Positions 36,302-45,899 of a stretch of DNA of 64,000 bases are shown piece after piece; position 1 is the stretch's first letter; the number at the start of each line of letters is the position of its first letter. The notes beneath the pieces are model-generated. The model did not search any database, had not been told where the DNA came from, and worked only from the letters and a program-made list of their open reading frames with translations. The position numbers and the translations under genes were made by a program. This DNA comes from a virus (Duplodnaviria; Caudoviricetes). The stretch spans positions 32,001 through 96,000 of the IMG/VR virus record IMGVR_UViG_3300049792_000048, one strand, 5' to 3'.

Positions 36302-37026
36302 CAGGAACCTCTCATCGTGGCGTGCTCGTTCTGCAAGACGAACTCCGCGGTGTCGTGAGCACGGCGCAGGGTTCGGATCGCAACGTTGTGCGGACCGTGT
36401 GCAGCTGTGCTCGGGTTGTTGATGATGGCGAACATGTCGGGGATCGCGAACACCGGGTACGTCAGGTCGTGGTAACGACCCTTTCCCCGAATGTTCCCGT
36501 CGGTGTGGTCTTCCGCAGTGGCTGCCGGAAGCATCGACATGAACTGCTTGCCGACGACCTCCGAGAACTTGGGGAGTCGACCGCGGACCATGGACTTCGT
36601 GGCAACCTCTCCGAGAGTGATGATTGCGCGTGGGTCGACCTGGTAGAGGATTTCGTAGAGCCGGGGACGGCATGCCACGACTTCATCTTTGCCAGGAGCT
36701 CGACCCTCGACACGTTCATCTTCGGTATCCGTCGCCGGGATGAAGACCTTCGGACGACACGCCACGGTGTACGTGAAGTGGCAATCCGCCAAGGAGATGC
36801 CGACCTCCTTCATCAACGCGAAGAGGAGGTCACCTTCATCACCAGAAAAGAGACCGTTGAAGATCTCGTCGCTGTCCGTCGGCACTGAGCCGACGATGAG
36901 GTACTTCGCGGGAGTCGTTCCGTGGCTGAAGAAGATGCCGGGCCCGTTGCGCGTTGTATGGAGCCCGCAGCGAGTGCACCCGTGCCACTCTGCTGCGAGC
37001 ACCTTCAGGCGATGACTCGGAGTCAT
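36301..37026 (-). CDS. Family 4 uracil-DNA glycosylase-like protein (Fe-S), divergent active site
   Basis: CTRCGLH.TR, VACRP twice, IITLGEVA. Confidence 0.8.
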   Translation of the reverse strand: MTPSHRLKVLAAEWHGCTRCGLHTTRNGPGIFFSHGTTPAKYLIVGSVPTDSDEIFNGLFSGDEGDLLFALMKEVGISLADCHFTYTVACRPKVFIPATDTEDERVEGRAPGKDEVVACRPRLYEILYQVDPRAIITLGEVATKSMVRGRLPKFSEVVGKQFMSMLPAATAEDHTDGNIRGKGRYHDLTYPVFAIPDMFAIINNPSTAAHGPHNVAIRTLRRAHDTAEFVLQNEHATMRGS

Positions 37027-37487
37027 CCGGGAATCACGAGCTGCGGCGTCGCGACCTTCACCTTCGGCGGCGCGATGATCTGCATGAGGAGGGCCGCCAT
37101 CAGCTTCTGGAACGGCTCGGCCTGCTCACGCACGAAGATCCACGAAGGACACTGCGCACCGACATGGATGTCGAGCGGCGTGATCATGTCGTAGGGGAGC
37201 ACGAGCTTCGGCCCCTGGAGAACACGGGTCTGACCAGAAGCATCCGGCTTGTCGAAGCCGACGGACCCGATGTAGCTGAACGTCCCGAAGAGCATGAACG
37301 GCTTGACGTTGATGTCCTTCTCCGCATCGGGATGGATGAACCCGATCATGCGTGATGGCGTTGTCCAGGGGAGAAAGAGAAGGTGTTTCATCCAGCTCAG
37401 CTCACGGTCGAGCGGGTCGAACTTGAGGACGATCTCGGTGGATTCGGGGTGGGTGAGCGTGACTGAGGGGGAATCGTCGTTGTCCAT
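37023..37487 (-). CDS. Hypothetical protein
   Basis: ATG 37487 (MDNDDS...) after AAGGA. Confidence 0.65.
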   Translation of the reverse strand: MDNDDSPSVTLTHPESTEIVLKFDPLDRELSWMKHLLFLPWTTPSRMIGFIHPDAEKDINVKPFMLFGTFSYIGSVGFDKPDASGQTRVLQGPKLVLPYDMITPLDIHVGAQCPSWIFVREQAEPFQKLMAALLMQIIAPPKVKVATPQLVIPG

Positions 37488-37489
37488 GT

Positions 37490-38884
37490 TCACTTGTCCT
37501 TGAAACGTATGCGCCCGCCTTTGTGGGCGGGCCAGTTGCTCAAGCGGCGGCGGATGGCCCGACACAACTTGAACATCGCCTCGATGAGCGAGTCCTCGTA
37601 GAACACCACGACTGGCTCCTTCTTGCCAACGTAGATGCGCAAGATGCGCCCCATCGTCTGCTGAAGGATTGCGTCCTTGCGGAAGGGCTCGCAGACGTAG
37701 AGCGTATCGAGGCTCGGTTTGTTCAGCGCCTGCTTTCCGAGGCGCATGATCGCAATCACAGGATTCATTGTCTTGATACGGCGAAGGCGTTCCTTTTCCC
37801 CAACGCCTCCATGACACACGCCAGCCGTAGGGAGTTTCGCGTGTAGGGCGTCGCACATCGCACGGCTGTGCGTGAGGATGAGGATCTGTCGACCCTCCTT
37901 CATCGCTGCCTTCACGTCCTCTGCGATCTTGCTGACACGCGCATCGATCGTCGAGAAGTAGTCGTAGAGCCGACCGAAGTGCAGAGCTCGCGTCGAGTCG
38001 TGCGTCTTCTGAACGATATCTTCGTCGCTGAGGTCGAGCGTTGTCGGCAACTTCCTGAAGTACACGAAGGGCATGAGAGCCGGCTTCAGGTACCGGTACA
38101 CGACGTTGCCGAATGTGTAGCTGAGCAGAGAGTCGAACCCGTCCTCGCGGGAAGGAGTCGCGCTCAAGCCGATGCGACGGCCATGAAACGGAGGGACCGC
38201 CAAGTTGAAGAAGGGGGCGGCCATGAGGTGCGCTTCATCGCAGATGATTGTCCCGAAGTAGTGCGTCATCTCAGGAGGAAGCGTTCCGTCCTGCACCCGT
38301 AGAGCGATCGTGTTCACGATTGCGATCGTGATCTTCGTGTTCTTCCACACGAATGGGGAACGGTCACCGCCGATGCGTCCGATCTCCTTCTCCGGGATGC
38401 CGAGGAACTGTTCGATCTCGTCCACCCACTGCTTGGCGAGACCCTTGTCCTGCACGATGACGAGGATGGGGTGCTGGAAGGCCGCAGCAACATGAAGTGC
38501 CACGACAGTCTTACCTGCCCCACACCGCAGCGTGAGGATGCCATCGTAGGTCTGGAAGAGAGCAGCCGCAGCTTCGCGCTGGAAGGTCTGCGTGGAATCT
38601 TGGAAGTCGAGCACGACGTTGCTGTTGAACGTGACACGCGGGAAGTTGGTGAAGCGCGCGTCGTACACCTTGTATGGGAGCTTGGTGAACGCTCCCCAGG
38701 ACAAAAAGTTACGAGGCACCTTGAAGTGGCTCGGCATCTCGACGTACGTCTCGATCAACTCACCAGTCCTGGGGATGAAGTACTGGAGCGCCGCCTTGAG
38801 TTGGGCGTCGCTCCAGTACTTCTTCGGGAGCCAGAGGTGCGTGTCGAGGTACGCGGCCTCGGGGTCGCGAAGAAGAAACTCCAT
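37490..38884 (-). CDS. SF2 helicase (XPB/UvsW-like)
   Basis: FQREA, CGAGKT, DEAH, GLSATP.REDG, QTMGRILR. Confidence 0.9.
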   Translation of the reverse strand: MEFLLRDPEAAYLDTHLWLPKKYWSDAQLKAALQYFIPRTGELIETYVEMPSHFKVPRNFLSWGAFTKLPYKVYDARFTNFPRVTFNSNVVLDFQDSTQTFQREAAAALFQTYDGILTLRCGAGKTVVALHVAAAFQHPILVIVQDKGLAKQWVDEIEQFLGIPEKEIGRIGGDRSPFVWKNTKITIAIVNTIALRVQDGTLPPEMTHYFGTIICDEAHLMAAPFFNLAVPPFHGRRIGLSATPSREDGFDSLLSYTFGNVVYRYLKPALMPFVYFRKLPTTLDLSDEDIVQKTHDSTRALHFGRLYDYFSTIDARVSKIAEDVKAAMKEGRQILILTHSRAMCDALHAKLPTAGVCHGGVGEKERLRRIKTMNPVIAIMRLGKQALNKPSLDTLYVCEPFRKDAILQQTMGRILRIYVGKKEPVVVFYEDSLIEAMFKLCRAIRRRLSNWPAHKGGRIRFKDK

Positions 38885-39471
38885 CAGTCCTCGTCATCCT
38901 TGTGAGGGAAGATATCCACGTGCTGCGTGAAGTCGTGGGTGTGCCATCCGAATGCGTTCAACGCACCCTGGAGCACGTTCTTGCCGAGACGCAGAAGCCA
39001 GTTCTCGTTCTTCTTCGGCAGGAATGTCGGTGAGTGCATGCCAGGACGCGTCGGTGTCAGGACTCGCGGCGTGTTGAGGTGCGGGTTCGTGCTCTCGGGC
39101 GTGATGATTGTCGCAGGTCCGCCCAGAGGCTTCTGCGGCAAGCTGGTCGGAGCTCCGAGAGAGGTCATCGGGCGAGGTCCGCCGACGAAGTTGACGCTCG
39201 ACCGCGGCATCATCGGGAGATGCGTCGTCTGCGTTGCTCGCTGGCGAGCATCACTGAGGACGCGTTCGTTCTTCGCCTTTCGACACTCCTCTTTCGATGG
39301 GCACGGTGCCCACAGTCGGCCTTCGCCATCGTCTCCTGTGACGATGCCTCCGCTGCACAGTGCTGCGGTCTCGGAAGTGCCGGGCGCCTCGTAGGTGCCC
39401 CAGCTATTGCAGTTCATCGGCTTGCCTGCCGGACTCTCGTCTCCACCTACCAGACCTTCTACGTTCGACAT
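38884..39471 (-). CDS. Hypothetical protein, first gene of the minus-strand replication operon
   Basis: Strong AAGGAGG RBS; N-terminal Cys cluster. Confidence 0.75.
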   Translation of the reverse strand: MSNVEGLVGGDESPAGKPMNCNSWGTYEAPGTSETAALCSGGIVTGDDGEGRLWAPCPSKEECRKAKNERVLSDARQRATQTTHLPMMPRSSVNFVGGPRPMTSLGAPTSLPQKPLGGPATIITPESTNPHLNTPRVLTPTRPGMHSPTFLPKKNENWLLRLGKNVLQGALNAFGWHTHDFTQHVDIFPHKDDED

Positions 39472-39505
39472 AAACCTCCTTCTTCTTCATCTTCCTGATA
39501 GCGGA

Positions 39506-39535
39506 TTGACCGCCCCACCTTTGCCGCCGTACTCT
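39506..39535 (+). promoter_or_regulatory. Sigma70-like promoter TTGACC-N18-TACTCT, leaderless
   Basis: -10 ends 7 nt before ATG 39543; no SD. Confidence 0.65.
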
Positions 39536-39542
39536 TGACCCC

Positions 39543-40847
39543 ATGCACCTGTCTGATGTGGTCCTCGACATCTACGATGATCCGACGGCAATGGTCCTGC
39601 GGGCCAAGCTCGCCGGGCAGGAGCTCCCTCCGGTGCTCAGCGACTCGACGCTGCTCGATCCGGCCGATCTCGCCGTGCTTCCGGACCGTCTCTTCGCCCT
39701 CGTCGCCACGAACGGCGACGGAGTCGTTCGCAAGTACGCGATGCACGATGGCGCTCACGTCACGACGTCGATCGTCTACTTCCTGGAGAAGGGTCACCTC
39801 CTCCCCGAGACGATGCAGAAGAGTGCCGCCCGCAATCTCATCGCGGCGTGTCAGTGGTACGACCTCCAACCGCCCGACGAGCTCGTGAAGCGTGCCAGCG
39901 TGATCGATGCCGCCTTCGGAGCTCTCGACGTGAAGAGTCGCATGGAGGGCGCGCACGCCCAATCGAAGGCGAACATGGACGGCTTCCGGGCGGCGCAGGC
40001 TGGGATGTCCTCAGACATGCAGAAGCGTGCAGACCTGAACGGCACCGAGATGATGCCGATGTCAGGTTCGATCTCGACACTGCCAGCTCCTCGAAGTACG
40101 GCGAAGGGGAGCTCCAGCTCTTCGAGCTCGAAGCAGGGAGCCTGGGAGCACGCCGGGGACCTCACCTCGCATCGCCCGGTCGACAAGACCGCACAGCCCG
40201 TGTCGAAGTACGCGATGCCGTCCACGCATCGCTACCCCATCGACTCGTATGGAGATGTGAAGACCGCGGCGGCATACTTCGATGAGAACTGGGAGAAGTT
40301 CGAGCTCGACGACCGTCGCGAGTTCGCCGTCCACGTCTCGAATCGCCTGGAGGAGCTCGGTCTTCCGGTCGACGGCTTCATCGCGAAGTACGCCGGCCAC
40401 GAGTACGGCCCGAACATCGACGTCGAGCTCATGGCCCGCGTCCACAACTTCGAGGGTACCGGCCACGAGGCCGTCTACCAGGTCATGCTGGAGAAGCGGG
40501 CTTCCACGCCTGCCCACGTGATGGTCGAGATGCTGTACGAAGCAGACCTCGCCACCGGGGCCTCGGCGAAGTACGATGCCTCCCTCGGATTCCGTGATCC
40601 TTTCCAAGCCGTCTTCGGAAAGGTCGCGGAGAACAAGACGATGTGGTCCTGGTCGGAGGGCAACGAGTACGTCAACGACACGATGTTGACGGACCTCGCG
40701 GTCAACCGGTACCAGAGCCTCGATCGAGCTTTCGGAATGGACGTCCGGAAGAGCTTCCAAAAAGACCCCATCGGGACCTTCGTCTCGATGCCGGACCCGC
40801 AGAAAATCGTCATCGCGCGTCTCGCCGCGGACGATTCCAAGAGCTGA
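39543..40847 (+). CDS. Putative head morphogenesis/internal protein rich in K-x-A motifs
   Basis: Same strand and block as the portal; about 11 of 23 Lys are followed by Ala at +2. Confidence 0.6.
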   Translation: MHLSDVVLDIYDDPTAMVLRAKLAGQELPPVLSDSTLLDPADLAVLPDRLFALVATNGDGVVRKYAMHDGAHVTTSIVYFLEKGHLLPETMQKSAARNLIAACQWYDLQPPDELVKRASVIDAAFGALDVKSRMEGAHAQSKANMDGFRAAQAGMSSDMQKRADLNGTEMMPMSGSISTLPAPRSTAKGSSSSSSSKQGAWEHAGDLTSHRPVDKTAQPVSKYAMPSTHRYPIDSYGDVKTAAAYFDENWEKFELDDRREFAVHVSNRLEELGLPVDGFIAKYAGHEYGPNIDVELMARVHNFEGTGHEAVYQVMLEKRASTPAHVMVEMLYEADLATGASAKYDASLGFRDPFQAVFGKVAENKTMWSWSEGNEYVNDTMLTDLAVNRYQSLDRAFGMDVRKSFQKDPIGTFVSMPDPQKIVIARLAADDSKS

Positions 40848-40868
40848 GCGAGTCGAGGAGAGAGCACC

Positions 40869-41951
40869 ATGAGTTTGGCATTCAGCAGGGGTCCGCGGGT
40901 CGAGCACATCGTTCGCGGTCAGAGTGGCGTTTCTGGCGAGGTCTCCAAGCTTCGCAAGGACGTTTCGGACGCCTTCGACGTCATCGAAGTCGGCAGCATC
41001 CACATGATGAAGTTCACGGGGCCCTCGTCTGGCCTCGCGCTCACGGCCGGCATCAAGGCGGCGTTCGCTTCGGCGGCGACCCCGGTCACCCTCACGGGTA
41101 CCGACTTCGATGGTGTCCTCGCGCCCGGCACCGGCGCGGCCATCATCAACACCCCGAAGAAGGTGACGCTCATCGTCGCCGGCTCGGGTACGCCGGCCGA
41201 CTGGCTCGGTGGCACGGTCGAGTTCACCGGCACAGACTCGGACGGCAACGTCCTGGTCGAGGACGTCGTGTCGGCTGCGGGTGCGGGCACCACGACGACC
41301 ACGCACTACTTCGCGTCCATCACGCAGGTCGCTCTGCCGGTCGCGACGTCGACGGGCGCGTCGCTCACGCTCGGCGTGGCGGCGGACACGGCCTCGATCG
41401 CGACGTTCACTTCGGACACGGTGGCTCAAGTCATCGATGGCACCGACAACACGAAGTTCAACCGGACCCGCAAGGGCAACCGTGCGCTTCGCTACGCGCG
41501 TCGCATCTCGTTCATCTTCAACAGCCACGCGGACTGGGATGCGACCACGATCGTGGTTCGTGGACGCGATGTCCGTGGCAACCAGATCAGCTCGAACATT
41601 CTCGTCGCGAATGGCGGCGGGACGACGGTGACGACCGACAAGTTCTTCAAGTCGATCGAGCGCGTCACGATCCCGGCTCAGTCGGGCACGAACGGCACGG
41701 TCGCAGTCGCTCCGTTCGAGACCTCGCTCGGACTCGACCTCGACGCGATCAGCGACGTCGAGGCGGTGGCGGTGGTCCGTGAGGCGAGCCGGGCGGACAG
41801 CGCGAGTGCGTGGTCGGTCCCGACGGCCGGTGCGGTCGATGACTCGTCGGTCGCGAACGCGCTCCCGTACGGCGCGTACACGCCGCACAGCTCGGTCCCG
41901 ATGAACGGCGTGCGCGAGTACGTGCTCACGTACATCCCCAAGGCGGCGTGA
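40869..41951 (+). CDS. Abundant virion structural protein (decoration-like, internally duplicated beta domain)
   Basis: GAGGAG RBS; extreme codon bias; two copies of DW...T....G.D..GN........FxSI..V.xP. Confidence 0.65.
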   Translation: MSLAFSRGPRVEHIVRGQSGVSGEVSKLRKDVSDAFDVIEVGSIHMMKFTGPSSGLALTAGIKAAFASAATPVTLTGTDFDGVLAPGTGAAIINTPKKVTLIVAGSGTPADWLGGTVEFTGTDSDGNVLVEDVVSAAGAGTTTTTHYFASITQVALPVATSTGASLTLGVAADTASIATFTSDTVAQVIDGTDNTKFNRTRKGNRALRYARRISFIFNSHADWDATTIVVRGRDVRGNQISSNILVANGGGTTVTTDKFFKSIERVTIPAQSGTNGTVAVAPFETSLGLDLDAISDVEAVAVVREASRADSASAWSVPTAGAVDDSSVANALPYGAYTPHSSVPMNGVREYVLTYIPKAA

Positions 41952-41957
41952 TCGTAG

Positions 41958-42923
41958 ATGTCCCTGGAGCACACGAGCATGATGCGATGGCCGCATCCGA
42001 CGGCCGTCGCTGACCCGCAGCTCGGGGACATCGAGAAGCGCGCGGAGATCAGCTACGAGGACCACACCCCGGAGGAACTCCTTCAGGGTGTGGTCGCGGA
42101 GCTTCCCGAGATGCAGGCTGACCTCCCGCCAGGCATCTCGAAGTTCGCCGCTGCTCGGCTAGGAACGGAAGAAGCCCTCCCATCGGTGACGGAGAAGAAC
42201 ATCTGGCGCCATCCCAATGCGCACCCGATGATCCTCACGCTCATGCTCGTGGACCGGTATGGCACCGAGTACGCGACGTGGGAGCCCGAGACTCTGCGCG
42301 GCATGCTGAAGCGCGACAACATCCTCATCTCGGACTCGGTCTGGACGAAGGTGCTTGCCTCTCGCGTCGTGCTGATGAGTCCAGCTCCGTGGCGTCAGTG
42401 GGAACAGTTTCACTGGGTGGTGACTGGCCTGGCAGGTCGTCCTCCGAGCTTCGTGTACATGGAACGCCCCGAGATCGGATTCATCATGTCCGGGGTCGAC
42501 ACCATGAAGATGATGGACCGCAAGCGTCCATTCGCCGAAGACATCGACAAGTTCACTGCGGCCGTGCTGCGGGACCGTGGCATCGCGTACGCCCCTCCGC
42601 CGATCCAGTTCGCCCAGGAGGAGCTCGACGACCGGCACATTCTCTGTGGCAACTGCGGCACGAGAGACAAGGACGACCACGACATCAAGTGCATCGCTTG
42701 CGGGTCGAAGGACTTGAAGCGTCTGCCAGGGGTGTTTGAGTCGTTGAGGGACCAAACCTCGAAGCTCTTCAACGAGCGCCGTCGACTTCCGCTCGAACAA
42801 GCAGTGGATGGTCTCAGCACTGACGCCTCTGGTGAGGCCGCTTACAAGCTCCTCACGCACAACGAGTATCGCAACCAGGTGCGGGCTCAGCTTCTCGAAC
42901 AGCTCCACATGCTGAAGGGCTGA
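41958..42923 (+). CDS. Hypothetical protein with a C-terminal zinc ribbon
   Basis: CGNC...CIAC. Confidence 0.7.
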   Translation: MSLEHTSMMRWPHPTAVADPQLGDIEKRAEISYEDHTPEELLQGVVAELPEMQADLPPGISKFAAARLGTEEALPSVTEKNIWRHPNAHPMILTLMLVDRYGTEYATWEPETLRGMLKRDNILISDSVWTKVLASRVVLMSPAPWRQWEQFHWVVTGLAGRPPSFVYMERPEIGFIMSGVDTMKMMDRKRPFAEDIDKFTAAVLRDRGIAYAPPPIQFAQEELDDRHILCGNCGTRDKDDHDIKCIACGSKDLKRLPGVFESLRDQTSKLFNERRRLPLEQAVDGLSTDASGEAAYKLLTHNEYRNQVRAQLLEQLHMLKG

Positions 42924-42963
42924 TCCTCACGGATGGGCCGTGGCGTGGTACAAGAGGCACACG

Positions 42964-43917
42964 ATGCTGAAGGTTTCCATGCCCAGTCTGGCGAGCGTCG
43001 GTCGTCTCATCGCCAAGAATCCCGGTGCAACCGCCGGCGTTGGTGCAGGCATCGGAGCCGCAGTCGGTGCCGGACGTGAAGCGCTGAAGGGCGAAGGTGA
43101 TCGCGACTACCTCGGGGGAGCTCTTCGTGGAGCTGCTGTTGGTGGTGCAGTCGGTGGTGTCGGTGGCGGTATCGCACACGCAGCACGAGATACGATGCTT
43201 CTGCATCCCCGGCTCCAGGGGATGGATGTTGCGAAGAAGACCGTCTCCCGTGCCGGTGAAGGTCTGTCGAACTTCGCGGAGCGTCAGGTTCATGGTCTGA
43301 CGGGGCGTGGTGCCGATGACTCGGCGTACCTCGACCGCATCGGCATCGCCGGCTCTGGCCCCTCTTCACGTCAAGCCCGTCTGCTGAATCTGCGAGCTCA
43401 GGACGACCTCCAGCATCTTCCACAGGGTGCATCGATGAAGGACTTCGTTGCTCGGCAGAAGGGCACCGAAGCCATCCACAACGAGCTCCATCAGCAGGTG
43501 CGCGGTCTGGCTGCGGAGGGTGCCGTCGGTGACCGCTTCCGAGAGCTCGGGATGACGCACGCTCCTGGTGCCGTGAAGGCGATGGTCACGAACCCGCGTG
43601 AAGCCTCGAAGGCGATCTGGAACCAGGTTCGTGCAGGAGGACGCACAAGCGTCGCTCTCGGTCTCGGTGTTCCCGTAGCTGCCACAGCAGCTTCTCTCGC
43701 CAAGGGTGACGAGCGTGCGACCGGTGGTGCCTCGATGCAGGAGAAAGCAGTCCGTGGAGCCGCGAACATCGGCAGCGGTCTCGTCTTCGGTGGGCTCCCC
43801 ATCGCTGCCGGCAATGTTGTCGGTGGCTTGACGGACTTCGCTGCAAGTCGTCTTGGCCGCATCGGTCAGAAGCCGATCGCAAACGCAACAGCGGGATCGG
43901 GTAGGATCGTGCCATGA
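42964..43917 (+). CDS. Gly/Ala-rich protein with glycine-zipper-like hydrophobic segments (possible ejected/membrane-interacting protein)
   Basis: GATAGVGAGIGAAVGAG, GAAVGGAVGGVGGG; AAGAGG RBS before ATG 42964. Confidence 0.6.
   Translation: MLKVSMPSLASVGRLIAKNPGATAGVGAGIGAAVGAGREALKGEGDRDYLGGALRGAAVGGAVGGVGGGIAHAARDTMLLHPRLQGMDVAKKTVSRAGEGLSNFAERQVHGLTGRGADDSAYLDRIGIAGSGPSSRQARLLNLRAQDDLQHLPQGASMKDFVARQKGTEAIHNELHQQVRGLAAEGAVGDRFRELGMTHAPGAVKAMVTNPREASKAIWNQVRAGGRTSVALGLGVPVAATAASLAKGDERATGGASMQEKAVRGAANIGSGLVFGGLPIAAGNVVGGLTDFAASRLGRIGQKPIANATAGSGRIVP
43902..43907 (+). promoter_or_regulatory. Putative -10 (TAGGAT), leaderless, for the portal gene
   Basis: 6 nt before ATG 43914. Confidence 0.45.
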
Positions 43918-45872
43918 CGTTCTTCGGCGGACCCATGGGGATGGCGGAGAATCGCGGAGCCTCCCTCGGCGGTTCCTTCAACCGCACCAACATCCTCGGG
44001 CGGCAGTACCAGTCGTTTGCAAACCCGTTCTTCGATCAGGCGTCGACATACACGCCGCAGACGGTTCGCAGTCTCTTCGGCTTCTGCCGGTACTACTTCC
44101 TCACGCACGGTGTCATCAACGCCATCTGCACGAAGGCAGCCGAGTACCCGATCACCGACATCATCTTCACGCACAAGGACCGCGGTGTCGTCGATCGCTG
44201 GCGGAACCTGATGCTGGGCGACCTCAACTACCGCATGCACCAGTTTGAGGTGAACCTCGACTACTACGTGTACGGCAATGCGCTGGTCTCGCCCTCGTTC
44301 CCGTTCCGCAAGATGATCATCTGCGGGCCCTGTAACGCCCGCATCGATGCGATCAACTTCCGCCGGCACTGGCGGTACACCGATCACCGCTTCTACTTGA
44401 CGTGTCCGAAGTGCGGTCAGAGCGACTTCGCACAGGCCACTGACGACTATCAGCCGAAGCCCAGCGAGATCAACATGGTCCGCTGGAACCCGGAGAACGT
44501 CTCCATCTTCCACAATGAGACGACTGGGCGGATGGATTACGCCCTCGACCTCTCGGGGAAGTTCCGCAGCCTCGTGGCCATGGGTCGCAAGGACATCATT
44601 GCCACGACCCCGCAGCTCTTTCTCCAAGCCGTCAAGGAGAAGCGCTCGCTCGTGTTCGACAAGCGCGAGGTGTTCCACATGCGCCGTCCGGCCCTGTCCA
44701 GCATGGACCAGGGCTGGGGTGTTCCGCTCCTCATGCCGGTCATGAAGGACGCCTTCTACATGCAGTTGATGAAGAAGTCTCAGGAGACCGTGCTGCTCAC
44801 GCACATGGTCCCGCAGATCTTCTTGTACCCGCAACCAGCAACCAGTGGCGCCGACCCGTTCAGCACGATCAACCTTGCTGATTGGCGTGGGCACATCCAG
44901 CGCGAGCTCGCTCGTCAGCGCGTCGACCCGAGCTACTACGGCATCCTGCCGTTCCCGCTTGGTCACCAGATCATCGGAGAGAACGGCAAGGCTCTTTTGC
45001 TGATGCAGGAGATCCGCATGATTGCGGAGCTCATTGCGATCGGCATGGGGTTCCCGTCTGACCTCGTCTTCGGCCAGGGCACGTACGCCGGTACGTCGGT
45101 CTCGATGCGCATGGTCGAGAACTTCTTCTTGTCGAACGTCCAGAACCACTACCGGCTCATCCACTGGTTCATGGGCCGCACCAGCCACTACTTGAACTGG
45201 AGCGTCCCGACGGCACGCTTCAAGCCGTTCAAGATGGCCGATGACCTTCAGCGTATGGCCCTCGCAGCTTCGCTGAACCAGCAGTCGAAGATCAGCGACA
45301 CGTCGTTGCTCGCGATGATGGACTTCAACGTCGAGGACGAGTCCAGTCTCCAGGTGAAGGAGACGCAGATCCGTGCCGAGGCTCTGAAGAAGCAGCAGCT
45401 CATCCAGGCGGAGATCCAGGGCGAGGCGATGGTTGTGCAGGCGCGCTACCAGGCTCAGGCCCAGGAGATCATGGCGGAAGCTCAGTTGAAGTTGCAGCAG
45501 AAGGGCTTGCTGCCTCTGCCCATGGACCCGAACAACCCAGGCGCAGCAGCCGGTGCAGCCGGCGGTGGGATGGGCACGGCACCCTCGACCCCGTTCACGG
45601 ACGAGATGGGCTCTGGTCTCGCTGCGGCTCCTACAGGCATCCCACTCGACCAGGTCGCAGCCGGGCTGGCGAATCAGATCTCGGCCCAACCTCGCGAGAT
45701 GCAGTCGCAGTCGATCGATCACCTTGCACAGACTCAGCCCGAGCTCGCCGAGCTCGTGAAGCAGCATATCGTCGGTCAGTCTGCGGCCCCCGATACCGGT
45801 GGTGTCGACATGCGGCCGATGCCGAACCAGAAGCCGCCCCGTCGTCTCTCGCTCGGCGGAGCGGGTGGGTAA
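43914..45872 (+). CDS. Portal protein
   Basis: DYYVYGNA, VFHMR...GWGVPLL, IAIGMGFP..LV.G.GTYAG, SDTSLL; Gln-rich tail. Confidence 0.8.
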   Translation: MTFFGGPMGMAENRGASLGGSFNRTNILGRQYQSFANPFFDQASTYTPQTVRSLFGFCRYYFLTHGVINAICTKAAEYPITDIIFTHKDRGVVDRWRNLMLGDLNYRMHQFEVNLDYYVYGNALVSPSFPFRKMIICGPCNARIDAINFRRHWRYTDHRFYLTCPKCGQSDFAQATDDYQPKPSEINMVRWNPENVSIFHNETTGRMDYALDLSGKFRSLVAMGRKDIIATTPQLFLQAVKEKRSLVFDKREVFHMRRPALSSMDQGWGVPLLMPVMKDAFYMQLMKKSQETVLLTHMVPQIFLYPQPATSGADPFSTINLADWRGHIQRELARQRVDPSYYGILPFPLGHQIIGENGKALLLMQEIRMIAELIAIGMGFPSDLVFGQGTYAGTSVSMRMVENFFLSNVQNHYRLIHWFMGRTSHYLNWSVPTARFKPFKMADDLQRMALAASLNQQSKISDTSLLAMMDFNVEDESSLQVKETQIRAEALKKQQLIQAEIQGEAMVVQARYQAQAQEIMAEAQLKLQQKGLLPLPMDPNNPGAAAGAAGGGMGTAPSTPFTDEMGSGLAAAPTGIPLDQVAAGLANQISAQPREMQSQSIDHLAQTQPELAELVKQHIVGQSAAPDTGGVDMRPMPNQKPPRRLSLGGAGG

Positions 45873-45899
45873 AAGAAGAGGGGGTTCACCCCTCTTCTC
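45871..45899. terminator. Hairpin terminator between the convergent portal and MoxR operons
   Basis: AGAAGAGGGG-GTTCA-CCCCTCTTCT; U tract on the minus strand. Confidence 0.75.

Noticed and set aside
40869-41951. Calling this the major capsid protein
   Set aside because: It looks highly expressed, but it is Thr/Gly/Ala-rich with a duplicated beta domain and no HK97-fold hallmarks I can recognise.
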